The notes under the pieces: generated by a model
The model's database searches: none
What the model saw: only the letters and a program-made list of their open reading frames with translations
Told to the model about the DNA's origin: nothing
Translations under genes and position numbers: made by a program
Shown: positions 35,775 to 44,095 of the stretch, piece by piece
How the letters are laid out: each line of letters begins with the position of its first letter
Numbering within the stretch: position 1 is the stretch's first letter
Assembly (NCBI GenBank): GCA_045807245.1
Contig: JBJMHS010000051.1
Span: 6,044-70,043 of the forward strand
Direction of reading: 5' to 3'
Origin: Actinomycetales bacterium
GTDB lineage: Bacteria > Actinomycetota > Actinomycetes > Actinomycetales > CAVURS01
Length of the DNA: 64,000 nt

Positions 35775-38700
35775 ATGCCTGACCCACCGTCCCAGCTGAA
35801 GGCCACGCTGCTGCGCCCGGACGACCTGCTGAGCCTGGAGGTCACCGGAGTCAACGTCCGGCTCGACACGGCCGACCCGAAGGCCCCGGCCCTGGTCGTC
35901 GCCGACCAGCAGCAGGATGCCTTCCTGGTCGTGGGCCTTTCGCCCCAGACGACCTTCGAGCAGGCGTTCTTCGAGGGTTCCCCCACATCGCCCGAGCAGG
36001 TCCTCGGTCCGGGCGACCGGCCGCGGCCGGCGACGACCGACCTCACTCCGCCCACCGACCCGGGCCACCTGGCGTTCAAGCTCGGCGGCCCCAGCCGGCT
36101 GTCCTTCCGGATCCCTCCGGACGCCCGCATCCCCTACACGACCGAAGGCTTGCTGGACTGGTCGGCGTACACGCTCGTCGTCCCCCCGGTCGCCGACGTC
36201 CCGGCCGGAGCCGAGCCGCAGGGTCCGGCGCCGATCCGCGAGCCCTCGGCCACCGAAACCACGCTGCAGCTGCCGTTCCGGCTGCACCTCGCACCGACTC
36301 ACCAGGCGGCCTGGCAGCACTCACCCACCGCCGTGACGCACCGCGGGCGCACCGAGCTGTGGCACACCCGGCTGGCCGGCCTCGATGCGAACGGGACGCC
36401 GTACGACGTGGACGACCAGCACACGGTCGGGCTGCGCGTGGTCTGGTCGCCGGACTACGTCCCCGGGGCGCCGGTGCCGTCCCCCGCGGAGACCGGGCTT
36501 CCGGGCGCGCTCGCACCGATGTCCGTGGCCGACCGGCACCAGCTGGTCATCCTCACGTCGGCCTTCGACGGCTACGCGATCGACGAGTTCACCGGGTTCG
36601 TCCCCCAGCCGGTGCAGGCCAGCCTGGTCATGCTGTCCGCGCTCGGTGGGTGGCTCCGCTCGTACGGCGCCTGGACCCCGCCCGCGCAGGTCATCCCGCC
36701 GCGCTGGGGGCCCCTCGTCGACATCGGCGACATCCTGGAGGGCCGGTTGGACGACGCCGTCCAGGCTGTCCAGAAGGACGCCGTCCAGGTCGAGCCCGCG
36801 GCCCGGGTGGTCGCGCGCTCCCCGAACGCCCTCCGCGGCTCGCTCGACCCCCGGATCTTCGGCCTGCCGCTGTACGACGTGAACGAGGACGCGCGGCTCG
36901 ACCTGTCCCAGTGGGCGCACGTCGCTGCGCAGGGCCGGGACCACTACGTACGGCTGGTCTACGAAGGCAGGCTGGCCGACACCGGACACCGGGCCTCTTT
37001 GGTCAAGGTGACCGAGCGGCGGTTCGAGACCTCGCCCTCCGGCGACCCGACGGCGTACTTGCGGCAGTACTTCTACGTCGTCGTGAAGGAGCGCGAGCGG
37101 GTCTACGCGCCGGACGGGTCGACGCCGCGGGGGCGGGCCATGCCACTGCGCCACATCACCTTGACCACCATGGTGACGCCGCACATCGACTACCCGTACG
37201 ACCCGCCGTGCGCCATCACCGACCGCTCGTTCTGGGTCATGGTCGGCGGCGAGGACATGCTCTTCCACGGCACGACCGTGGGCGCCGACGGTCAGGTCCG
37301 CGACTTCGCCAAGCCGATGATCTTCGTACCCAACAGCGAGACCGAGTTCGGTGTCCTGCAGGGCTATGTCGGCACGGTCGAGAACAAGGCACGCCTCTCC
37401 GCCGCCGTTCCGGGGCAGGCCGTGGCCTTCGCCGACGCCGGCGGTGGCGACAACACGTCGTTCGTCACCCAGTCCTTCTCGCTGGCCAACCTCGGCGCGA
37501 CCCGCGACACGTTCTTCGAGCCGGTCCTGTTCTCGGCCGACGTGCGGATACCTGCAGCCGAGGCACTCACCGGCGCATCGTCGCCGACGAAGATCCGCAT
37601 GCTGCAACAGTTCGTGGACCAGGGGTTCGGTGACGCCGGCAACGCGACCGGTGCCTTCGCCGAGGTCGTCAAGCTGGTGAGTACGGCGGACAGCGCGCCG
37701 GCCGCTCTCACCGGCGCCGGCTCGGACGCGAAGTTCAACGCCGCCCAGTCCGGTGGCTTCGCGACCCCGCGGCTCGACCTCACGGTGCTGACCCGCGCCC
37801 ATGGCCCCCTGGGCGGACAGGTCGGCGACGCCCTCGGCGACGTCTTCCATCCGGCCGATGTGTTCCCCAAGGGAGTGGCGACGCTGTTCGGGGTCTTCGA
37901 CCTGGCCGACCTGCTGCCCACCGGGACGGTCGACGGCCAGGCGCCGAAGATGACGGTCGAGCGAGACGGCACCGCGATCGTGACCAAGCTCGACTGGGCC
38001 AGCCCGGTGGGGGACCTGCCGGCCGTCCTGGTGACGTTCCGCTCCCTCGGCACGACCCTGGACGTGCACGTCGAGCTGCGCAAGGAGCTCACCGGCGCCG
38101 GCTCGACCAGCGTCAACGGCACCCTGACCGCGTTCGACGTCGAGTTCCTCAGCTCGCTGATCGTGCACTTCACCTCGTTCGCGTTCGCCGCGCGCAGCGG
38201 GTCGAAGACCGACGTGAAGGTCGACCTCGACGCGGCCAGGCCGGTGGAGTTCGTCGGCGACCTGGCCTTCGTCGAAGGCCTGCGCAAGGTCATCCCGCCG
38301 GGCGTGTTCGGCGACGGCGTCAGCATCGACATCATCTCCAACCCGATCGGCATCAGGGCCGGGCTCGAGATCGGCCTTCCGCCCGCGACCGTGGGCATCT
38401 TCGCGCTCAAGAACATCTCCTTCTCCGCCGGGCTGACCGTGCCGTTCGTCGACGGCAAGCCGGTCGTGGAGTTCGGGTTCGCGCGGCGCGACGCGCAGTT
38501 CCTGCTCGCGGTCCTGATCTTCGGCGGCGGCGGCTTCTTCCACGTCGAGCTGGACACGGACGGCATCCGCAAGCTCGAGGCGGCGTTCGAGTTCGGGGCC
38601 ACGGCCGCGCTGGACATCGGCATCGCCAGCGGCGAGGTCCACGTCATGGCCGGCATCTACTTCGCGATGGAGAGGAAGGTGCTGCCCGACGTCGGCGAGC

Positions 38701-38990
38701 AGATGTGCGCCTCGCTGACCGGCTACCTGCGCTGCGGCGGGTCGCTGTGCGTCCTCGGCATCGTGAAGATCTCCGTGGAGTTCTACCTGTCCTTCACCTA
38801 CTACGCCGCGCCGATCGACAAGGCCAAGGGCCGCGCGACCCTCACGGTCGAGGTCGAGATCGCCTGCTTCAGCAAGTCGGTCGAGCTCACGGTCGAACGC
38901 GCCTTCGGCGGCAAGGGCGGGGACCCGACGTTCGCCGACCAGATGACGACGCCCGCCCTGTGGGCCGAGTACGCCCAGGCGTACGCCTAG
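35775..38990 (+). CDS. giant hypothetical protein A (1071 aa), no family recognised
   Basis: Uninterrupted GC3-biased ORF. ATG at 35775 with GAGGGG 8 nt upstream; GTG 35727 is an alternative start. No signal peptide, TM helix or catalytic motif found by eye. Confidence 0.8.
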   Translation: MPDPPSQLKATLLRPDDLLSLEVTGVNVRLDTADPKAPALVVADQQQDAFLVVGLSPQTTFEQAFFEGSPTSPEQVLGPGDRPRPATTDLTPPTDPGHLAFKLGGPSRLSFRIPPDARIPYTTEGLLDWSAYTLVVPPVADVPAGAEPQGPAPIREPSATETTLQLPFRLHLAPTHQAAWQHSPTAVTHRGRTELWHTRLAGLDANGTPYDVDDQHTVGLRVVWSPDYVPGAPVPSPAETGLPGALAPMSVADRHQLVILTSAFDGYAIDEFTGFVPQPVQASLVMLSALGGWLRSYGAWTPPAQVIPPRWGPLVDIGDILEGRLDDAVQAVQKDAVQVEPAARVVARSPNALRGSLDPRIFGLPLYDVNEDARLDLSQWAHVAAQGRDHYVRLVYEGRLADTGHRASLVKVTERRFETSPSGDPTAYLRQYFYVVVKERERVYAPDGSTPRGRAMPLRHITLTTMVTPHIDYPYDPPCAITDRSFWVMVGGEDMLFHGTTVGADGQVRDFAKPMIFVPNSETEFGVLQGYVGTVENKARLSAAVPGQAVAFADAGGGDNTSFVTQSFSLANLGATRDTFFEPVLFSADVRIPAAEALTGASSPTKIRMLQQFVDQGFGDAGNATGAFAEVVKLVSTADSAPAALTGAGSDAKFNAAQSGGFATPRLDLTVLTRAHGPLGGQVGDALGDVFHPADVFPKGVATLFGVFDLADLLPTGTVDGQAPKMTVERDGTAIVTKLDWASPVGDLPAVLVTFRSLGTTLDVHVELRKELTGAGSTSVNGTLTAFDVEFLSSLIVHFTSFAFAARSGSKTDVKVDLDAARPVEFVGDLAFVEGLRKVIPPGVFGDGVSIDIISNPIGIRAGLEIGLPPATVGIFALKNISFSAGLTVPFVDGKPVVEFGFARRDAQFLLAVLIFGGGGFFHVELDTDGIRKLEAAFEFGATAALDIGIASGEVHVMAGIYFAMERKVLPDVGEQMCASLTGYLRCGGSLCVLGIVKISVEFYLSFTYYAAPIDKAKGRATLTVEVEIACFSKSVELTVERAFGGKGGDPTFADQMTTPALWAEYAQAYA

Positions 38991-39001
38991 GAGCGACCAC
39001 C

Positions 39002-42000
39002 ATGGCCACCAGTCAGCGGATCATCGTCACCCCTGTTCCGGCCGGGTTGCAGCTCAACCCCGAGACCATCCGGGTGAGCATCGTCATCTCGCCGCGACTG
39101 TCCGGTGAGGACCGGCTCGGCCCGTACGACGAGTGGCTGCACTGGACCGCGCGGCGCCAAGGGCTCGGGCTCTCGGTCACCTTCGAGTGCGCCGGACACA
39201 CGCTGACCGTCGCCCCCGACACCAGCCAGCTCCGGCCGACCCGGTGGGACGCGTTGTTCGACGAAGACACCTACGTGCGGCCGTACCAGTTCGACGACTA
39301 CTCAGAGTCCTTCGTGCCGAGCTACAGCACGCGCACCGCCGTCGGGTTGCTCAAGTCGACCTACCAGGAAGCCGGCATCCAGTTCGCGTTGCCTCCGCTC
39401 GACGGAGACCCACGTGAACGGACATCAGTGCAGCGCAACCGGTTCCGCGACCTGATCGGCTCGTACGGCGTTGCGTGGGACGCCGAACGCGGTGCCCGGC
39501 TGCGTGAGCAGCTCCGCGGCCTGCAGCAACAGCAGCGGGGTGCGCCCGGCACCAACCGGCTCTCGGCGCAGCTCGCGGCCGGCCTCGACCCGGACGGATC
39601 CATCTCGACCGGGCAGCTGCAGCCGGGTACGGCGTCGTACCAGCAGGCCCAGAGCCTGGTGGCCAGCGAGTACCAGGTGTTCAACCACCAGCCGCAGGGC
39701 GCCGACGTCACCGCCGACAGCCTCGACCGTGAACACGTCCTGGACTTCCACCAGGCGATCAGCTCCCTCGGCAGCTATCCCACGTTGCAGCGGGACCTCG
39801 GACTGGTCTTCGACCTCGAGCTGCCCCTGGACTTCGTGGCGCAGACCGGCACCGATACGCCCGGGGAGCTCGCCATCGTCGAGGTCCAGTCGGAGTGGGA
39901 AGAGCCCGCGACGACATCCATCCCGCCGACCAGGACCGCGTACGTGCACGCGCAGGTGGGCGACGTCCGGCTGTTCGCTGTCGCGCCCCTTGCGATGACG
40001 CGCCCGGGTCAGCCCAGCCTGCTCGGCCTGCTCGACCTCGACAAGCGTTCGTTCGGCGTGGCCCAGCTGGACGTCGACGGCGCGCTGCACCGCACGATCC
40101 GGCATGCGACGGACCTCAGCCTGCCTGGGGGCGAGTCCGTGCCACCCACGGCGGACCTGTTCGACCCCGCCACTGCCCTGGCGTCGCTGCGGTCGGGCGG
40201 CCTGTCCCTGTTCGCCGACTCGCGCGCCCTGCGGATGCTGGACACGTTCGACCGTTCGGCCAGGCACAACGCCGACCTCGAGCAGGGTCAGCCGCAGCGG
40301 GAGGCGTTCTTCGCCGAGGACCTGACCCGCGGCTACCGCCTGGACATCTGGGACTCGGTCACGCGCGACTGGCACTCGCTGCACCGGCGCGACACCACGA
40401 TCCACCTGGGGCAGCAGGACGTCCGGATCGACGTCGAGGACGAGGAAGGCTGGTTCCAGGCCGCCGCGACCCAGGCCGCGCCTGAGGCGGACGGCAGCCG
40501 CGCCAACACCGACCTGCACCTGCACGAGGCGATGGCCCGCTGGTCGGGCTGGAGCCTCGCTGCGCCGGCCATCGGCACGCACCTCACGCGGGACGGCGAC
40601 CCCGACCACGCCCTGCCCGACCCCGACGACCCCGACCCGGAGAACGAGGCGGTCACGCCGTTCACCCTGACCTCGGAGTCGGTGCACGTGAAGGGCAGCC
40701 TTCCTCGGCTGCGCTTCGGGGTCGGCTACCGGCTGCGGCTGCGGCGGGTGGACCTGGCCGGCAACGGTCTCGAGCCGGAGGACCGCGAGTGCGGGTTCAT
40801 CACGCCGGTCTTCTCGATGCCGCGCGGTGAAGGTGTCATCCCCTACCTGCGCTACGAGCCGGTCGTCCCGCCGGTCCTCGTGGTGCGGGACCCTGCCGCG
40901 ATCAGTGGTCGCGGGTCCAGCGGCGACCGCTTGGTCATCCGCACGTTCAACACGGACGAGTCGCTGGACGGCCTCGACGCCGACCTGGCTGCCTCCGACC
41001 GCCACATCGCGCCGCCCGGCGTGCACGTCGAGACCGCCGAACGGCACGGCATGCTGGACGACGCCAGCGGTCACCTCGACTCCTCGCCGGCCATGTGGGA
41101 GCTCGTCAAGGACCGGGACGCGGGTTCCTTCGCCGCACAAGACGTTCCGGGTCTCGTGATCGACGGCCAGGTCCAGCAGGTGCCTGTCGACGAGTCCGAC
41201 TCGGTGACGGCGCTGCCCTATCTGCCCGACCCGCTGGCCCGCGCGGCTGCCTTCCGTGACCTGCCCGGGACGGCGGGTACGACGGTCGGCCGCGTGACGC
41301 CGTCCGACCCGGCGGCCGGTGCCGTGGCCTACGCTGCCGTCTCCGACGCTCAGCCGCGTCCGGGGACAGCCACTCTGGTGGAGTACGGCGGCCGCTCGGA
41401 CTGGCAGGAGGTCCGGCCCTTCCGGCTGGCGCTCGCGGACGGGACGGCCGCGCCGTACTGGGACCCGGACACCCGGCTCCTCACCGTGTCGCTGCCGAAG
41501 GGGAGCACCCACGTCGTACGGATGAGCTCGTGCTGCGACGCGGACGACCTGAAGTACCTCGGCGTCTGGTCCTGGCTGCGGGAGTATGTCGAACACCTCA
41601 GCCGCGCGGGCGAACCCATGTCGTCGGCCTTCTACGAGTCGCCGGCGGCGCGAGACCGGCTGGCGCACGTGTTGCAGCTCGCGGGCGAGGGCGCGCACCC
41701 GATGATCACGCCGCCGCATCTCTTGACCCTGGTCAGTGCGGTGCAGCAGCCGATCGGCCGGCCGGCGTTCGACCGGCTCACCGCTCGGGTCCCGGTCGAG
41801 CCGGTCGAGGGCGGCCCGACGCCGACGTCCCTGCGAATCCAGCCGGAGTCCTCTCCCACGGACTCCACCGAGCTCGCGGTGCTGAGCGGATGGCGACAGC
41901 TGGGCAGCACCGACGCCTTCCTGGTCGGCACACTCAAGGTGCACGGGCACAGCACGGCCAAGGTGGACCTGGTCGCAACCTGGACCGACCCGGTCGACGA

Positions 42001-43429
42001 CCTGGTCGCCGACCCGACGGAACAGTCCTTCTCGGCGGCGGTCGACGAGATCCCGTTGCCGGACCTGCGCCCCAAGGTCGCGGGCTGGACCGACAACGTG
42101 CTCCGGACCAACGGTGACCACCGCCCCGTGGGCTTCTACGTGCGGGACGAGGACCTGGTCGCCATGGCGCCGCAGGGCACCGACCTGGGCCTGCTGCCCG
42201 AGGGCGCGCACCTCTACGAGGACACCGCGCCGCGGCACCGCATCGGCGACACCAAGCACCACGTCGTCTCCTACACGCCGGTGGCGACGTCGCGCTACCG
42301 CGAGTACTTCGATGTCCTTGACGGAGACGGGAACCCGCGGGACTTCACCCGCACCGGCGATGCCGTCACCGTGCACGTGCCCGCGAGCGCGCGGCCGGTT
42401 GCGCCCCAGGTGCGGTACGTCGTGCCGACCTTCGGGTGGGAACGCGTGGGGACGGCGAACCAGCTCCGCAGCGTCCGCACCGGCGGAGGCCTGCGGGTCT
42501 ACCTGGAGCGGCCCTGGAACTCGTCCGGCGCCGACGAGCTACTCGGTGTCTCGTTGACCTCGTCCTGGTCGGTGGACCGCGAGAAGTGGAAGGGGCTCAT
42601 CACGCAGTGGGGCCAGGACCCGATCTGGGAGTCGGCGTCGCTATCCGCCTTCCCTTCCACGTCGAGCTTCCCGGACGCGGTCGCCAGCGAGTACGGCCTG
42701 CCCCTGGACGGGACCGACCCGGACACCGGCGCCGCTCAGCCGGTCGACGTGGTCGGGCACGAGGTGCACTGGGACGACGTCCGCAAGCTGTACTACTGCG
42801 ACCTCACGGTGCAGACGGACAGCCCGACGTACATGCCGTTCGTCCGTCTCGCCTTGGTGCGGTACCAGCCCTATGCGCTGCTGGACGCGAAGCTCTCTCG
42901 CGTCGTCCTTTCGGACTTTGCCCAGCTCACGCCCGAACGGGCCCTGACGGTGACCGCGGACGCGTTCACGCCCGGTGCCGTGCGGCTGGCCGTGTCCGGG
43001 CCGTCACCGCGGGGTCCGGTGCCGGAGTGGCTCGGTGAGCCGGTCGCTGACCGGCCGACGCGGGTATCCGTCACGGTGCAGCGCAAGGACGCCGGGTACG
43101 AGAGCGACCTGGCCTGGGTGGCTGCGGACGGCTTCACCGTCCGGACGGATGATGGCGACCCGTACGACCCAGCACCCCCGGACTTCATCCTCTGGAGCGG
43201 CTCCGTGCTGTTCACCCCGGGCGCGGTCGAGCAGGGCGGCCACTACCGGCTGCTGGTCGAGGAGCACGAGATCTACCCCGCCGACCGGCCCGGCGGCGTC
43301 AGCCGACCGGTCGACGTACCGTTGCGGCGCCCGCCGATCGGCACCCGGCTCGTCTACGCCGAAACCCTGCCGTTGGACCAGGCCCTCCTGGGCGCACCCG
43401 CACCCGGCGCTGCCTCAACGACGGTCTGA
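39002..43429 (+). CDS. giant hypothetical protein B (1475 aa), no family recognised
   Basis: ATG 39002 lies 11 nt after the stop of protein A, with an AGGAG spanning that stop codon. Uninterrupted GC3-biased ORF. The 99 codons upstream in the track ORF overlap gene A out of frame. Confidence 0.8.
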   Translation: MATSQRIIVTPVPAGLQLNPETIRVSIVISPRLSGEDRLGPYDEWLHWTARRQGLGLSVTFECAGHTLTVAPDTSQLRPTRWDALFDEDTYVRPYQFDDYSESFVPSYSTRTAVGLLKSTYQEAGIQFALPPLDGDPRERTSVQRNRFRDLIGSYGVAWDAERGARLREQLRGLQQQQRGAPGTNRLSAQLAAGLDPDGSISTGQLQPGTASYQQAQSLVASEYQVFNHQPQGADVTADSLDREHVLDFHQAISSLGSYPTLQRDLGLVFDLELPLDFVAQTGTDTPGELAIVEVQSEWEEPATTSIPPTRTAYVHAQVGDVRLFAVAPLAMTRPGQPSLLGLLDLDKRSFGVAQLDVDGALHRTIRHATDLSLPGGESVPPTADLFDPATALASLRSGGLSLFADSRALRMLDTFDRSARHNADLEQGQPQREAFFAEDLTRGYRLDIWDSVTRDWHSLHRRDTTIHLGQQDVRIDVEDEEGWFQAAATQAAPEADGSRANTDLHLHEAMARWSGWSLAAPAIGTHLTRDGDPDHALPDPDDPDPENEAVTPFTLTSESVHVKGSLPRLRFGVGYRLRLRRVDLAGNGLEPEDRECGFITPVFSMPRGEGVIPYLRYEPVVPPVLVVRDPAAISGRGSSGDRLVIRTFNTDESLDGLDADLAASDRHIAPPGVHVETAERHGMLDDASGHLDSSPAMWELVKDRDAGSFAAQDVPGLVIDGQVQQVPVDESDSVTALPYLPDPLARAAAFRDLPGTAGTTVGRVTPSDPAAGAVAYAAVSDAQPRPGTATLVEYGGRSDWQEVRPFRLALADGTAAPYWDPDTRLLTVSLPKGSTHVVRMSSCCDADDLKYLGVWSWLREYVEHLSRAGEPMSSAFYESPAARDRLAHVLQLAGEGAHPMITPPHLLTLVSAVQQPIGRPAFDRLTARVPVEPVEGGPTPTSLRIQPESSPTDSTELAVLSGWRQLGSTDAFLVGTLKVHGHSTAKVDLVATWTDPVDDLVADPTEQSFSAAVDEIPLPDLRPKVAGWTDNVLRTNGDHRPVGFYVRDEDLVAMAPQGTDLGLLPEGAHLYEDTAPRHRIGDTKHHVVSYTPVATSRYREYFDVLDGDGNPRDFTRTGDAVTVHVPASARPVAPQVRYVVPTFGWERVGTANQLRSVRTGGGLRVYLERPWNSSGADELLGVSLTSSWSVDREKWKGLITQWGQDPIWESASLSAFPSTSSFPDAVASEYGLPLDGTDPDTGAAQPVDVVGHEVHWDDVRKLYYCDLTVQTDSPTYMPFVRLALVRYQPYALLDAKLSRVVLSDFAQLTPERALTVTADAFTPGAVRLAVSGPSPRGPVPEWLGEPVADRPTRVSVTVQRKDAGYESDLAWVAADGFTVRTDDGDPYDPAPPDFILWSGSVLFTPGAVEQGGHYRLLVEEHEIYPADRPGGVSRPVDVPLRRPPIGTRLVYAETLPLDQALLGAPAPGAASTTV

Positions 43430-43441
43430 GCCCAGCCGCTC

Positions 43442-43711
43442 CTACTTCTCGCCGAGCACCCGGGCCAGCTCGGCGCGGCCCATCTTCGACCGCCCGGGCA
43501 CGTCCTTGCGCTTGGCCATCTCGTAGAGCTCGGCGCGCGTCTTCGGGCTCGACGCTCCGGTGCGCTTGCGCTGTGCGACCGCAGCGCCCTGCTTGCCCAG
43601 CGCCGTACGCGTCGCCTTGGGCATGTGGGCGATCGTGCGCTGCTCGCGCGCTCCCGCCTGCGCCTTCTTGACGTTCTTGCGCGCAGCCGTCACCTGCTTC
43701 CTGGTTGCCAT
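43442..43711 (-). CDS. small basic protein with Rho_N/SAP-like C-terminal helix-hairpin
   Basis: 89 aa, Lys/Arg-rich. C-terminus TRAELYEMAKRKDVPGRSKMGRAELARVLG resembles the Rho N-terminal-domain motif. GAGGAG RBS. Confidence 0.65.
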   Translation of the reverse strand: MATRKQVTAARKNVKKAQAGAREQRTIAHMPKATRTALGKQGAAVAQRKRTGASSPKTRAELYEMAKRKDVPGRSKMGRAELARVLGEK

Positions 43712-43728
43712 CGCCGGCTCCTCGTGGG

Positions 43729-43977
43729 TCAGCCGGTCGCGCGCTGCGGAGCGGTGTTGTCCACCCCGCCGAGCTCGCGAAGGAAGTCGTGGCATCGATG
43801 GGCGCGGTCCGAGTCCTGCTTCATGACGTCCTCGAAGAACGCGGCGATCTCGTCCTGGCCCGCGTTCTTCGCATCTCGCACGTACTGGCCGTAGTCGTGG
43901 CCGGCCTTGAGCGAGTGGTACTGCACGGAGATCAGGTCGAACGTGACGTCGTCGAATCCGGTTTCTCCAGTGGCCAT
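43729..43977 (-). CDS. small hypothetical protein (82 aa)
   Basis: GGAG RBS 7 nt upstream of the ATG, GC3 bias, and a sensible composition (MATGETGFDDVTFDLISVQYHSLKAGHDYGQYVRDAKNAGQDEIAAFFEDV). Confidence 0.55.
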   Translation of the reverse strand: MATGETGFDDVTFDLISVQYHSLKAGHDYGQYVRDAKNAGQDEIAAFFEDVMKQDSDRAHRCHDFLRELGGVDNTAPQRATG

Positions 43978-44095
43978 TGGCTGCTCCGATCGAGAAGGGC
44001 GCGACCGGACAGGCCCAGTCGCGGTAGGTGGTGACGCTGGTGACCCCCTGGGCTGGAGCCACTCTCGACGCTAGCGACCGGTGCCGCCGCTCGCA

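Noticed and set aside
36321-42376. Very long minus-strand ORFs (773 aa at 36321-38642, 983 aa at 39425-42376) antisense to the giant genes.
   Set aside because: Their composition is dominated by Arg, Gly, Asp, Val, His and Pro with no hydrophobic-core pattern. The GC3 bias supports the plus-strand frames. Long stop-free antisense frames are an expected artefact of ~70 percent GC coding DNA.
35665-43441. The giant gene pair as part of a horizontally acquired island or mobile element.
   Set aside because: There is no integrase, transposase, tRNA or flanking direct repeat. No visible shift in base composition or codon style relative to the neighbours was seen either. Island status cannot be supported from this window.
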